A DNA stretch of 64,000 nucleotides, from the NCBI GenBank assembly GCA_965216325.1, contig OZ244160.1, forward strand, positions 960,001 to 1,024,000, written 5' to 3'. A program made the translations under genes and the position numbers. The stretch's first letter is position 1; every line of letters starts with the position of its first letter. The notes below the pieces were generated by a model. It was not told the DNA's origin and made no database searches. It was given only the letters and a program-made list of their open reading frames with translations. Shown piece after piece: positions 33,795 through 47,465 of the stretch. The DNA comes from Coraliomargarita sp. GTDB lineage: Bacteria > Verrucomicrobiota > Verrucomicrobiia > Opitutales > Coraliomargaritaceae.

Positions 33795-34988
33795 TTACTT
33801 GATATCCAGCCGGCGATTACTGCGGACCAACTCGAATAGAACGATAGCAGTGCCGACTAAGCCCATGCCTGTCCAGGCCACGGCACTGGGCGTCGCATAG
33901 GCGAGAATCCAGTAGCCGATGAAGGGAGCGAGGCTGCCGCGCAGTCCGGTCAGTGCCATGTGGATGCTCATGTAAGAGGATGCTTTATGCTCAGGCGCAA
34001 TCTTAGTGACCCAGAGGCCCCAGAAGATTTTGCCGCCGCCCATCGCTGCACCCTGGAAGGCCATCGCGATGGTGAGCAACACGATGTTGGTACTGAAGAA
34101 GAACAGACCGATGCTCACGAGGAAGCAGGCATTCAATAGGTTGCGAGTGGTGACAAAGTGCAGCTTATCGAAGAAATGGCCCCAGAGCCTGGTGCTGAGT
34201 AGGCGCGCTGCCGAAGGCACCAGCACCATCAATACGGCGATGGTCTTATTGCTGGCATTGATGCCGTATTGCGGATCGGCGAGATACTCGATGCGGATCG
34301 GGATCGCGATGAGATTGCCCAAGCCAAGTAGCATCCAGCTGCCGAGCAGGTAGCCGAAGAGTCGATCCTTCCAAATCAGGCTGAAGTTCTGCCAGGGGTT
34401 GCCAACTTCTTTGGTCGAGAGGGGTTCACTCGGAATGCCGTGCAGTGCCCACGCGCAGGTCAGGGCAGCAGCAATCATGAGCCCAAAGAAGATGCGGTAG
34501 TAGCTGATCTCAATGTCGAGCAGTTCACCACCGATCCATGACAGCACCATCGAGGTGAAGGCGATAATCATCAGCGGCGTCGTGACTCGTTGACCGCGCT
34601 CGTTGGCGCTGTAGTTGCTCGCATACACCTGCACCATCAGCGGGCCGTGCTGCACGGAGGCCATCTGACTACCGATAATACAGACCGAGAAGACTAAGAG
34701 ACTTTGCCCGAGGGTCGCACCAGCGATGAGGCACGCCGCCAAGATAAACATGCAGGCACTTGCCTGCGAAGGACGTGCTTGCAGCTTCGCCACCAAGAAG
34801 AGGGTGATCGGCGTCAGCAGGAAACCGATTGGTCCCGCACCCGCGATGAAGGCTTTGATGTTTTCGGGCGCTTCGAAATGACGAATCGCAATGAGCAGCG
34901 GAAATGCAAGCCATCCCGCCTCAAGGATGCCCATGAACGGGGCCCGTAACTTGTCACGGGTGTAGGTGAGCTCGGCATGAGTGCTCAT
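33795..34988 (-). CDS. MFS transporter
   Basis: About 12 hydrophobic segments; WGHFFDK loop motif. Confidence 0.8.
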   Translation of the reverse strand: MSTHAELTYTRDKLRAPFMGILEAGWLAFPLLIAIRHFEAPENIKAFIAGAGPIGFLLTPITLFLVAKLQARPSQASACMFILAACLIAGATLGQSLLVFSVCIIGSQMASVQHGPLMVQVYASNYSANERGQRVTTPLMIIAFTSMVLSWIGGELLDIEISYYRIFFGLMIAAALTCAWALHGIPSEPLSTKEVGNPWQNFSLIWKDRLFGYLLGSWMLLGLGNLIAIPIRIEYLADPQYGINASNKTIAVLMVLVPSAARLLSTRLWGHFFDKLHFVTTRNLLNACFLVSIGLFFFSTNIVLLTIAMAFQGAAMGGGKIFWGLWVTKIAPEHKASSYMSIHMALTGLRGSLAPFIGYWILAYATPSAVAWTGMGLVGTAIVLFELVRSNRRLDIK

Positions 34989-34993
34989 CTGAT

Positions 34994-35152
34994 GAACGTC
35001 GAACGTCCAACATCGAACGTCGAATGTTGAAAACCAGTCACAGCGAAGAGCCTAACACTAGGCGAACCAGACTGCGCGGAACGTCGAAGTTTCCTCTAGT
35101 CCAGCGGCAGTTTGGTCGCAATTCGATGTTGGACGTTCGAAGTTCAACGTTC
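34994..35152. repeat. Heptamer palindromic element with two 32-bp arms
   Basis: 34994..35025 versus the reverse complement of 35121..35152, 6 mismatches. Confidence 0.85.
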
Positions 35153-35158
35153 CCCAGC

Positions 35159-36142
<984 letters not shown>

Positions 36143-36211
36143 CGGTCAGTCTCGTGAAAAAGCGAGCGAGCATCGTGTCTGTCGGGCTGCAAGTCAAGTG
36201 TGGCCTGAATA

Positions 36212-36391
36212 ACCACCTCCACTTGGCAAGACCGAGAGCCAAGTGACTCCTCCTTGAAAAGGAGGAGAGTCGGACCATCGAGCATGGATACACTTGAAAT
36301 ACTGGCAGAGAAATAAAAACTCCCCTCCTTGATGAGGAGGGGAGGATCGCGAAGCACCTTCGATACGCTCAGGACAGGCGAGGCGGGGTGG
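36212..36391. repeat. CCCCTCC/GGAGGGG-type palindromic doublet with a nested CTTCGATACGCTCAGGACAGG unit
   Basis: Hairpins ctcctccttgaaaaggaggag (36247) and ctcccctccttgatgaggagggga (36320); outer ccacc/ggtgg ends. Confidence 0.7.
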
Positions 36392-36408
36392 CGCTATTAA
36401 GCCTTAAA

Positions 36409-37704
36409 CTACTTCCCGTAAGCCTTCGCCACTTCCTCGCCGATAATCCGGATGCCGGCTTCCACATCTTCCGCAGGCATGGTGAAATTGATGCGCAGGC
36501 ACTCGTCGCGGTGCGGCCAGTCTTCGTCCTCTTGTCCGAAGAAGAAATAACTGCCGGGCACGACTAAGACACCACGCCCTTTGAGGCGCTCGTAGAGCTC
36601 GCGCGATGTGATCGGCAAATCCTTAAACCACGCCCAGAGGAAGAGGGCGCCCTCACTGCGGTGGATATAATAATCGATGCTCGAGTCGAAATACTGATTC
36701 ACCCATTCCAGCGCCTGAGCCGATTTCTCGCGGTAGAAGGGCTGGACCACCTCGTTGCTCAAACGCAGAATTTCGCCACTGCGGATCAGCGGTTCCACCA
36801 CCGCTTGGCCGGTATTGGTGTTGGCTAGGCCCATGATCGATGTCATCGAGGACACCGCGTCGATGATCTCTGGGCGCGCGATCACAATGCCCGTGCGGGT
36901 TCCCGGCAGACCCAGCTTGGACAAGCTTAAGGTGAGAATGATGTTCTTATTCCAGACCGGTGTCGCTTCGGTAAAAATGACATTCGGGAAGGGCGCGCCG
37001 TAGGCATTGTCGATGATCAAGGGGATGTGATGCTCGTCCGCCAGCTTGGACAGCTTGGCGATCTCGTTGTCGGTTAGCACATTGCCCGTTGGATTCGTTG
37101 GACGTGACACGCAGATTGCGGCGGTGTCGTCCTCGACTTTCAAATTCTCGAAATCGACGCGGTATTTAAACTCATGTTCGCCCGTGAATTCGATGCGTGG
37201 GCGCTGACTGCGGAACAGCTCGCCGCCGACGGACTGATCCGCATAACCAATGTATTCCGGAACCAGCGGCAGCAGGATCTTCTTCTGGCGGCCGTCTTTG
37301 AAACGTCCAGCAAGCGCATTGAACAGACAAAAGAACGCACTCTGGCCACCCATGGTGATCGCTACGTTATCGGCGCTGAGCTCCCAACCGAACTCGCGTT
37401 GAAACAGTTCCGCGACCGCTGTGCGAAAGGCGGTGCGTCCTGCAGGCGGCTCGTAATTACCGAGCATGTGCTCAAGCTCGCCGGGTGTGGCAGTAATCTC
37501 GACGATCCGTTGACGCCATAGCGCATCCATTTGCGGTATGTGTGCGGGTTGTCCACCGCCGAGCATGTGCACCCCGTCACCACCTGCAGCCAGTGCATGG
37601 CCGAGGTCGTCCATCAACTCGCCAATGCCGCTACCGCAGCCAAGGCGTTGTCCAAATTCAGACCATTCAGGGGAGTGGTCCGTGAGGTTGTCTCTGTCGT
37701 GCAT
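36409..37704 (-). CDS. avtA: Valine--pyruvate aminotransferase
   Basis: SGIGELMDDL, MLGGGQPAHIP, SRPTNPTGNV, IDNAYG, SLSKLGLPGTRTG. Confidence 0.93.
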   Translation of the reverse strand: MHDRDNLTDHSPEWSEFGQRLGCGSGIGELMDDLGHALAAGGDGVHMLGGGQPAHIPQMDALWRQRIVEITATPGELEHMLGNYEPPAGRTAFRTAVAELFQREFGWELSADNVAITMGGQSAFFCLFNALAGRFKDGRQKKILLPLVPEYIGYADQSVGGELFRSQRPRIEFTGEHEFKYRVDFENLKVEDDTAAICVSRPTNPTGNVLTDNEIAKLSKLADEHHIPLIIDNAYGAPFPNVIFTEATPVWNKNIILTLSLSKLGLPGTRTGIVIARPEIIDAVSSMTSIMGLANTNTGQAVVEPLIRSGEILRLSNEVVQPFYREKSAQALEWVNQYFDSSIDYYIHRSEGALFLWAWFKDLPITSRELYERLKGRGVLVVPGSYFFFGQEDEDWPHRDECLRINFTMPAEDVEAGIRIIGEEVAKAYGK

Positions 37705-37793
37705 GAACTACTGTAATTAGGGAACCGTTAATTTACGTGAATGAACGTGAATTTCTGTGATGATGAGCGCGATGCAACCCCGAATTTCTGAGG

Positions 37794-37907
37794 GTAGGCT
37801 CGCTCGTCTGGCTAAGACGAGCGCTTCAGTTGAGAGGGATTGACGATCCATTACGGATCGCTCCTTTGTCTTTGTTGACAAACGGCACCTCGGCGAGGCT
37901 GCCCTAC
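37794..37907. repeat. GTAG-type REP doublet (second family)
   Basis: GTAGGCTCGCTCGTCTGGCTAAGACGAGCG ... CGGCACCTCGGCGAGGCTGCCCTAC. Confidence 0.65.
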
Positions 37908-37959
37908 CTATTTCTTTTATATCGTCTTCAATGGGGACGCGCACTGTCCTCTGTGTGCA

Positions 37960-38787
37960 TTACGTATGCGAAACTCCATCCCCGGGCATAAATCGGTGCG
38001 TTGGCTCTGCTTGAAACCAATCACGCGGATCGAGTTGGTAATACTCCTGAAGTGTTGCGTAGAGCTCGGGGTGTTTCGTTTGCAGCTGCTTGGGCTTTTC
38101 GAAAAAGGCTTCGGTCGCGACGGCGAAATACTCGGCAGGGTTGGTGGCGCCATAATGGTCGAGCACGGCTTTCTTTCCATATGCGGCTTTCTTTACGAGT
38201 TGGTCATAACCATCGTTGAGAATTTGGCACCACGTGACGAAGGCCTCTTGACTACCGAGCGGCGGTACGCCGTCAGTTGAGCCGTTGAGTGAGTCGAGTT
38301 GGTGTGCAAACTCATGAAAGGTCACATTGTGTCCATCATAGATATTGCGGGCGCCGTGGCGCACGGAGTCCCATGCGAGGATGACGGTGCCACTGCCCCA
38401 GGATTCGCCAAGCCGGTGAACCGTGCGCTCGATGATCGTCCCTCCGGGCCCCATGTCCTGCACGCTGGAACTGAAGGTAGTTGGGTAGAGTAGCACGCTG
38501 TTGAGCTTCGGGTAGGGACTGCCTTGGTGATTCAGCACAAGTATGCATGCTTGTGCGGCAACAGTGAGAATCATCTCGTCGGTTAGCTCGAGCTCGTTAC
38601 AGCCCTCGAAATAGGTGGTCGCAACGAATAAGCCGATCTTCTCGTGCAGACTGTGCTTTAGCCCTTCAGGTAGGCGTGTGTAGAGCGGCAAGTTTTGCTC
38701 AAGGTAAGCAACCCATTCCTGTTTGAAGACGGCTTCGATCGGGGCCGGGCCGACAAGCAGCGCTTTGAGGTTTTCCCAGAGAGACAT
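37960..38787 (-). CDS. mtfA: Zinc-dependent peptidase, M90/MtfA family
   Basis: VAAQAC, GESW, DGHNVTFHEFAHQLD, YGATNPAEYFAVATEAFFEKP. Start trimmed below the heptamer array. Confidence 0.88.
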   Translation of the reverse strand: MSLWENLKALLVGPAPIEAVFKQEWVAYLEQNLPLYTRLPEGLKHSLHEKIGLFVATTYFEGCNELELTDEMILTVAAQACILVLNHQGSPYPKLNSVLLYPTTFSSSVQDMGPGGTIIERTVHRLGESWGSGTVILAWDSVRHGARNIYDGHNVTFHEFAHQLDSLNGSTDGVPPLGSQEAFVTWCQILNDGYDQLVKKAAYGKKAVLDHYGATNPAEYFAVATEAFFEKPKQLQTKHPELYATLQEYYQLDPRDWFQAEPTHRFMPGDGVSHT

Positions 38788-38827
38788 CCTTGAAGGATGA
38801 AACCTGAAACTTGAAGGGTGAAGGATA
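38788..38827. repeat. TGAAnnn heptamer array upstream of mtfA
   Basis: mRNA sense: ttcaccc ttcaagt ttcaggt ttcatcc ttcaagg ATG. Confidence 0.75.
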
Positions 38828-38984
38828 AAAAAAGGTTCCGAGGAGCTTTGCGACGACATGAGCGCGCGCGAAGCGATTCGGATCAGTTTGCAGAGTGAAG
38901 TATAATCCGCAGATTGTTAGGATTTAGCAGTGGTTTCCCCATGTAGAGACCTGTAACAACTATCGAATCTGAGGATGATTTATG

Positions 38985-39518
38985 TTACTCTACAGGCTCT
39001 TTCGAGTCTGGCTGGGGCAGGAAAAAGCTCAGGGCGATATAGCAGAGGGTACCGATCACGATGCCACAGTCAGCGATGTTGAAGGTCGGGTAGTGACCGT
39101 TTGGGAGGATAACTGGGATCTGAAAGGGGAAATGGAAATCGAGGAAGTCGATCACATGTCCGTGAATCTGACGGTCGATGGCATTTCCAATGATGCCGCC
39201 AATCATCAGGCCGAAAAGGATCTGAATTCCGCGATGGTGCAGCATGAGGGCTTTGCGGAAGTAATAGATCGCGCCTAGGGCCAGTGCTGCGAAGAGGGTC
39301 AGCACTGTGCCGTAGCCGGAGAACATTCCCCAGGCAGCGCCCTCGTTGCCAACATGGACGATATAAAAGAAGTTCTCGATGACGGTGATGTAATCGACGT
39401 CGATCTCGAGATTTCTAAAAATCCAAATCTTGGAGAGCTGATCGGCCGCAAAAACCAGAAGCGCTGTGATGAACAGGCGCTTGTAGTCGCTAAGCTTTTC
39501 CTGAGGTTTGTCGATCAT
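38985..39518 (-). CDS. lspA: Lipoprotein signal peptidase II
   Basis: DQLSK, NEGAAWG, GNAIDR, VIDFL, FNIAD. Confidence 0.96.
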   Translation of the reverse strand: MIDKPQEKLSDYKRLFITALLVFAADQLSKIWIFRNLEIDVDYITVIENFFYIVHVGNEGAAWGMFSGYGTVLTLFAALALGAIYYFRKALMLHHRGIQILFGLMIGGIIGNAIDRQIHGHVIDFLDFHFPFQIPVILPNGHYPTFNIADCGIVIGTLCYIALSFFLPQPDSKEPVE

Positions 39519-39521
39519 TAA

Positions 39522-39597
39522 GCAGAAGTCAGAAGTCAGAAGTCAGAAGTCAGATTGCTTATTCTCTGGTCTCTGCTCTCTGGCTTCTGTGCTCTGA
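39522..39597. repeat. AGAAGTC x4 heptamer array with a degenerate inverted arm
   Basis: agaagtc at 39524, 39531, 39538 and 39545; then tctctgg tctctgc tctctgg cttctgt. Confidence 0.8.
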
Positions 39598-39600
39598 ATC

Positions 39601-40461
39601 CTACTCGTCCTCGTCAGTTGCGAGCTTAGGGGCGTCGGTTGCATCGCCGAAGAGTCCACCACCGGAACCGCGGTCGATCTTGCGACGGTTGTTGCGTTCG
39701 AATTCCTTCTGTCCCTCAAGAGAGAAGCGGGCAAATGGCACTGCAGTGAGACGTTCCCTGTCGATTGGTTCACCGGTCACTTCACAGACGCCGTAAGTGC
39801 CGTCCTTCATGCGCTGGATGGCTTCTTCAACTTCGTTGAGGGCTTCCTGCTCGTTGGATACAAGGCTAAGTGCAAAGTCACGGTCAAAGGAGTCGGTGCC
39901 ACCATCTGCTTCGATACGCTCGGCTTCCGCGCCATTCTCGTGCTTGAGAGTGTCGGCGGTGTGGAGGTCGATTTCGTCGCGAACATGCTGGCGAAGCTCA
40001 AGGAGTAGCTTGTAGTACTTGCTCCACTTCTTCGGGATGCTGTCTGCTTCGTTGGATGCTTCGGCTTTCTTTTGCGCCGGGTTGAAGCCTAGAATGTCTG
40101 CAAGCGAGGCTGCGCCGAGGACACGCTTTTCAGCAGGCTGCTCCTCATTTGCTTCGATGACGCGAGTTTTGGGGGCGGCTTTCTTAGCTGGGGTCTTGGT
40201 CAGCTTCTTTTTAGGCTTGGCGTCCTCTTCGTCCTTTCTGGAGGCAACGAGTGCTTCAACGTCGTCGAGGGAGAAAACGATTGGTGTTGCTTTCTTGCCT
40301 GCTGCGGATTTTTCGGCATCGGCTGCACGTGCGACAGATGCTTTTTTCAAGCCGGTCTTCTTTTTCGCCGGCGCCTTCTTAGCGGCTACGGTCTTCTTTG
40401 CAGGTGCTTTCTTTGCGGCTTTCTTTGCGGCTTTCTTTGCGGAGGTCTTTTTAGTGGCCAT
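39601..40461 (-). CDS. dksA: DksA/TraR-family regulator with a Lys/Ala-rich N-terminal extension
   Basis: ADGGTDSFDRDFAL coiled-coil tip, EAIQRMKDGTYGVCEVTGEPI..ERL.AVPFAR. Confidence 0.82.
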   Translation of the reverse strand: MATKKTSAKKAAKKAAKKAPAKKTVAAKKAPAKKKTGLKKASVARAADAEKSAAGKKATPIVFSLDDVEALVASRKDEEDAKPKKKLTKTPAKKAAPKTRVIEANEEQPAEKRVLGAASLADILGFNPAQKKAEASNEADSIPKKWSKYYKLLLELRQHVRDEIDLHTADTLKHENGAEAERIEADGGTDSFDRDFALSLVSNEQEALNEVEEAIQRMKDGTYGVCEVTGEPIDRERLTAVPFARFSLEGQKEFERNNRRKIDRGSGGGLFGDATDAPKLATDEDE

Positions 40462-40497
40462 GAATAGTTAAAGGAGAGTGTGGTAAAGGATTGAGAA

Positions 40498-43317
<2,820 letters not shown>

Positions 43318-43500
43318 GTTTCCGCACCGATACTAGACCGGATCTCTGTAAAAATCGCGCGAGTGTGGGTGTTTGGACCCGACTGTCAAGACATCAGCAC
43401 AGTTCGTAAGCTGTTGGTGAATAATTCGATGATTTCTTGGTTAAAAGTTATATTTCGAAACAGTTGATTCCTGCAAATGTCACCGCATATTTAGGCCAAG

Positions 43501-44469
43501 ATGAGTTCCCAATCCGTGATTCCAGCGCCCCGCGTGCTCGAGATGGTCGAGCGTCTTCGTGACAACATTGAACATACCATCCGTGGGAAATCTGAGGCGG
43601 TGGATCGCGTGATTATTTGCCTCATGGCGGGCGGGCACATCCTGATAGAAGACCTTCCTGGGCTAGGGAAAACGACTTTGGCCTATTCGTTGGCGCGCTC
43701 GATTGACTGCTCCTTTTCGCGGATCCAGTTCACCAGCGATATGTTGCCGACTGATATTATCGGAGTCTCAATCTACGACGAGCGGGAGCGCGAGTTCACG
43801 TTTAAGCGTGGGCCGATCTTTGCCAACGTGGTGCTGGCCGACGAGATTAACCGCACGACGCCGAAGACGCAGTCGAGCTTGCTCGAGGTGATGGGGCGGG
43901 GGAAGCTTTCGGTCGACGGGCAGACTTACACGGTACCACCACCATTCATGGTGATTGCGACTCAGAATCCGGTCGACTACGAAGGCACGTTTCCACTGCC
44001 GGAGAGTCAAATGGACCGCTTTCTGATGCGGATGGACATGGGGTATCCGGAATTCGAATACGAGGTGGAGATTCTACAAAAAGGCCGTCTGCATTACGAC
44101 CATATCGAGGCCGATCCGGTATTATCGCGCTCGGAGGTGGTCGACCTGCAAGGCTTTGTGCGCAAGGTATTTGTCGAAGGTACGATCGCCGATTACATCG
44201 TTCGGGTCGCCCATGCGACGCGTGATGCACGTGAGTTCCGCAGTGGGGTGAGCCCGCGTGGCACTTTGGCGCTGAAGATCGCATCACAAGCCCGCGCCTT
44301 GGCTTCGGGGCGCTCTTTTGTTTTGCCTGAAGATGTGCAGAAAATGCTGCCTGCAGTATTCGCGCACCGCCTGACGCTGTGCCAGCAGATGTCGGATCCG
44401 ATCGAAGAGCGTCGCTCGGTGGAGAGCCTGTTGTCGGGACTGCTGGATAAGGTCAAGGTGCCGGTGTAG
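43501..44469 (+). CDS. MoxR-family AAA+ ATPase
   Basis: [42 protein letters not shown]. Confidence 0.94.
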   Translation: MSSQSVIPAPRVLEMVERLRDNIEHTIRGKSEAVDRVIICLMAGGHILIEDLPGLGKTTLAYSLARSIDCSFSRIQFTSDMLPTDIIGVSIYDEREREFTFKRGPIFANVVLADEINRTTPKTQSSLLEVMGRGKLSVDGQTYTVPPPFMVIATQNPVDYEGTFPLPESQMDRFLMRMDMGYPEFEYEVEILQKGRLHYDHIEADPVLSRSEVVDLQGFVRKVFVEGTIADYIVRVAHATRDAREFRSGVSPRGTLALKIASQARALASGRSFVLPEDVQKMLPAVFAHRLTLCQQMSDPIEERRSVESLLSGLLDKVKVPV

Positions 44470-44594
44470 CTTAGGCTTTGTAGCGCGCAGCTTTAGCAAG
44501 CGCTTTTATTTCAGCAGTCGATGATCGCATTGTCACATGCACTGTGGCGCGTTTGCTGAAGCTGCACGCTACGCGACTCTAGGCGGATGCACAC

Positions 44595-44622
44595 AAAAAG
44601 GCGGACTGTATCGTCCGCCTTT
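44595..44622 (-). terminator. Intrinsic terminator
   Basis: AAAGGCGGAC...GTCCGCCTTT stem with a U-tract on the minus strand. Confidence 0.7.
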
Positions 44623-44637
44623 CGTGTGAAAGAGTGC

Positions 44638-44874
44638 TTAGTACTTTTTCTGGCGGTTGTTACGCCAGCTCTCGCGGTGTTTGCGAATCCAATCCAGCAA
44701 GGCCCGTTCGAAGCCGATATCTTTACCGGCCTTCTCGGACTCCAGCCACTTGTGGCGCAGGATCTCTTCACGCTCAGCAAGAAACTCTTGGTAGAGGCTC
44801 GAGCGCTGGGCGAAATTGTTTCCCGATTCGACAGATGTGTGGGCGGGTGGCATTTGTTTATTTTTTGGATTCAT
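44638..44874 (-). CDS. Small DUF4032-like protein
   Basis: EILRHKWLESEKAGKDIGFERALLDW motif; followed by a terminator. Confidence 0.75.
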   Translation of the reverse strand: MNPKNKQMPPAHTSVESGNNFAQRSSLYQEFLAEREEILRHKWLESEKAGKDIGFERALLDWIRKHRESWRNNRQKKY

Positions 44875-44968
44875 TGCAGGCTAGGGCACCTGTTAATGGC
44901 ATGGAACTGTCATTAATTGCCTGAAGATTTATCGCCGTCGATCCAAAAAGCTTACTCGGGAGTCGATT

Positions 44969-46048
44969 TTATAAAGACCTGAGTCGGCTCAATACGTGGC
45001 GGGCAATTCGATGAAAGGCCTGCGCGGTTTCACAGTCCGGATCGCTGACCACGATGGGGATACCCTTGTCGCAGCCAATACGGAGATTCGGGTCGAGTGG
45101 GATTTGACCGAGCAGGTCGGTGTCCAGACTTTCTGCGGTATCTGCGCCGCCACCTTCGCCGAAGAGTACTTGGCGACTGCCGTCGGGGCCTTCCAAATAG
45201 CTCATATTCTCAGCGACCCCAAGCAAGGGCACGTTCACCTTTTCGAACATGCGTGCGCCGCGGCGCGCGACATTGGATGCAGCGGGTTGTGGTGTGGTGA
45301 CGACGACTGCGCCGTCGAGTGGAATGGTCTGCACCAAGGATAGCTGTGCGTCACCCGTGCCCGGTGGAAGGTCGACGACGAGGATTTCGAGTTCGCCCCA
45401 GTTCACATTTTGAGCAAACTGCTGGATGGTCTTCATGATCATTGGACCGCGCCACACGACGGGTGTGTCTTCATCGACCAAGAAGCCCATGGACATCGTG
45501 CTGACGCCGAAGTTCTGAATCGGAACGATCATGTCGTTTTCAAGCTCAGGGCGGCCGTTGGCGCCGAGCATGAGTGGGATGGATGGGCCGTAGATATCAC
45601 AATCCATGATGCCGACGCCCGGCTTGCCCTCGGATTCGAGAATCTGCTGAAGGGCACACGCGAGATTTGTGGTCACGGTGGACTTGCCGACGCCGCCCTT
45701 ACCGCTGGCGACTGCAATTGCGTATTTGACCTGTTGCATCGCAGGGCTGCCTGCGGGTGTGCTGTGGCCGTTGGCAGTGGAGGCGGGACTCGGCTGATTT
45801 TGCGGCTTGGAAATTTCCATACGGACCTTGACCTCGTCGATTCCTTCAAGTGCGCCAACGGTCTCCTTGATGTCAGCTGCGATTTTTTCGGGCACGCTTT
45901 CATCGGCTGTGGTGACTTCGACGCCAATCTGGGCTTCGCTGCCGTTGAGTTCGATTTCGCGCACGAGCCCGAAGGAGATGATGTCGCGGCTAAAACCTGG
46001 GAATTTCACGCCCTTGAGCGCTGCTTGGATACTTTCTTTGTCGGCCAT
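44969..46048 (-). CDS. mrp: Mrp/NBP35 (ApbC) Fe-S carrier ATPase
   Basis: N-terminal FeS_assembly_P domain, SGKGGVGKST, DIYGPSIP, WRGPM, DLPPGTGDAQL, ENMS. Confidence 0.92.
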   Translation of the reverse strand: MADKESIQAALKGVKFPGFSRDIISFGLVREIELNGSEAQIGVEVTTADESVPEKIAADIKETVGALEGIDEVKVRMEISKPQNQPSPASTANGHSTPAGSPAMQQVKYAIAVASGKGGVGKSTVTTNLACALQQILESEGKPGVGIMDCDIYGPSIPLMLGANGRPELENDMIVPIQNFGVSTMSMGFLVDEDTPVVWRGPMIMKTIQQFAQNVNWGELEILVVDLPPGTGDAQLSLVQTIPLDGAVVVTTPQPAASNVARRGARMFEKVNVPLLGVAENMSYLEGPDGSRQVLFGEGGGADTAESLDTDLLGQIPLDPNLRIGCDKGIPIVVSDPDCETAQAFHRIARHVLSRLRSL

Positions 46049-46184
46049 ATTCAAAAATCTAAAGCGGCAACAGTGGAACTCTTATGCGCCGACACAATCT
46101 GAAACGGAAGAAATCGTCTAAATTTACCGAGGAATTGCAGATTAACGTTTGCGATTTCAGCTCGGCTCACACTATCAATTGCTC

Positions 46185-47375
46185 ATGCGTTACTTGCTTC
46201 CTCTTTTTGTTGTCCTTCTCTCTTTTACTGCCTGTTCGTCCGCGCTCGTTGCGCAAGGAACTGTGATCCTGCCGGACATTGTGGGCCAATCCGAAGGCCA
46301 TGTGACCATCGCGGTGGAGAGTTCTGATGCGACCATTCAAAAGACTGGCCAGCGAGCCTTTTCGCTGCATGGCGGGTGCACGGTAACCACTCCCGGCAAG
46401 GCCAATTTGATTCTGATCATCGAGCGTGCGTCCAGCTCATCGGTCAGCCTAACCTTAAAGCCCAAGAATGGCACGCCACAGACCCGTACGGTTCCTGGTC
46501 GAGATCTGCAGGACGCCGTGCTGCGTGCATGCGATTTGGTGGTGAAGTCTCAGTTCAAGACTCCTGGCTTTTTTGCGGGTAAGCTCGCATTCGTCGGCAA
46601 GCAGCGTGGCGTCTCCGAAATCTATAGCAGCAATATCCTCTTTGGTAATGTTCGCCCCTTGACTCGTGACCGTGCGCATGCGACGGGCCCAAGCTGGTCA
46701 CCCGATGGCTCGCAATTGCTATACACTACATACTATAAGACGGGGTATCCGGACATCTATAAGATCAATCTGAGCACCCGCTCGAAATCACCGATTGCGA
46801 CTTACAAGGGGACCAACACGGGTGGACGCTTTAGCCCGGATGGACGTCAGATCGCGATGGCACTGACGGCTACCGGTAATTCTGAGATCTGGGTCGCGGA
46901 CCGTAATGGCAAAAATCAAAAGCGTTTGACTAAGAACAAGAGTATTGAGGCCTCCCCGAGTTGGTCACCGGATGGTCGCCAATTGGTCTTCACTTCGGAC
47001 ACCCGGGGCAAGCCACAGCTCTACAAGATGTCGGCAAATGGCGGTTCGATGACGCGTGTGCCGACTAATGTCAGCGGCTATTGCGCGGAGCCTGCATGGA
47101 ATCCGGTCAATGCGAATCAAATCGCATTCACTGCAGCAGTGAGCGGTGGTTTTCAGGTCTTTGTCTATGACTCCGCGAAGGGGAGAAGTAAGCAGATCAC
47201 TAAAGGGCCCTCCGCGATCGAACCCTGCTGGTTGAGCGATGGTCGCCACATTGTTTATACGCAGCGACAAGGAGCAAAGACCCGTCTCATGATCGTAGAC
47301 ACCGACTCCGGTCAAACCAAGGCCTTGCATAATCCGAACTTCGGAGATGCTTCCTCGGCAAGTTTTGTATTATAA
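46185..47375 (+). CDS. tolB: TolB-like beta-propeller protein
   Basis: Signal peptide and repeated PD40 motifs (PSWSPDG, FSPDG). Confidence 0.8.
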   Translation: MRYLLPLFVVLLSFTACSSALVAQGTVILPDIVGQSEGHVTIAVESSDATIQKTGQRAFSLHGGCTVTTPGKANLILIIERASSSSVSLTLKPKNGTPQTRTVPGRDLQDAVLRACDLVVKSQFKTPGFFAGKLAFVGKQRGVSEIYSSNILFGNVRPLTRDRAHATGPSWSPDGSQLLYTTYYKTGYPDIYKINLSTRSKSPIATYKGTNTGGRFSPDGRQIAMALTATGNSEIWVADRNGKNQKRLTKNKSIEASPSWSPDGRQLVFTSDTRGKPQLYKMSANGGSMTRVPTNVSGYCAEPAWNPVNANQIAFTAAVSGGFQVFVYDSAKGRSKQITKGPSAIEPCWLSDGRHIVYTQRQGAKTRLMIVDTDSGQTKALHNPNFGDASSASFVL

Positions 47376-47380
47376 TTTTG

Positions 47381-47450
47381 ACTACGAAAGGCACGAAAAA
47401 CGCGAAAATGTTGTTACTGTTCGTTTCGTGTTATTGGTGTCTTTCTTAGT
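47381..47450. repeat. CACGAAAAA-type nonamer hairpin
   Basis: actacgaaaggcacgaaaaacgcgaaaa ... tttcgtgttattggtgtctttcttagt; a related arm occurs at 61584. Confidence 0.6.
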
Positions 47451-47465
47451 ATAATAAACACTCTG

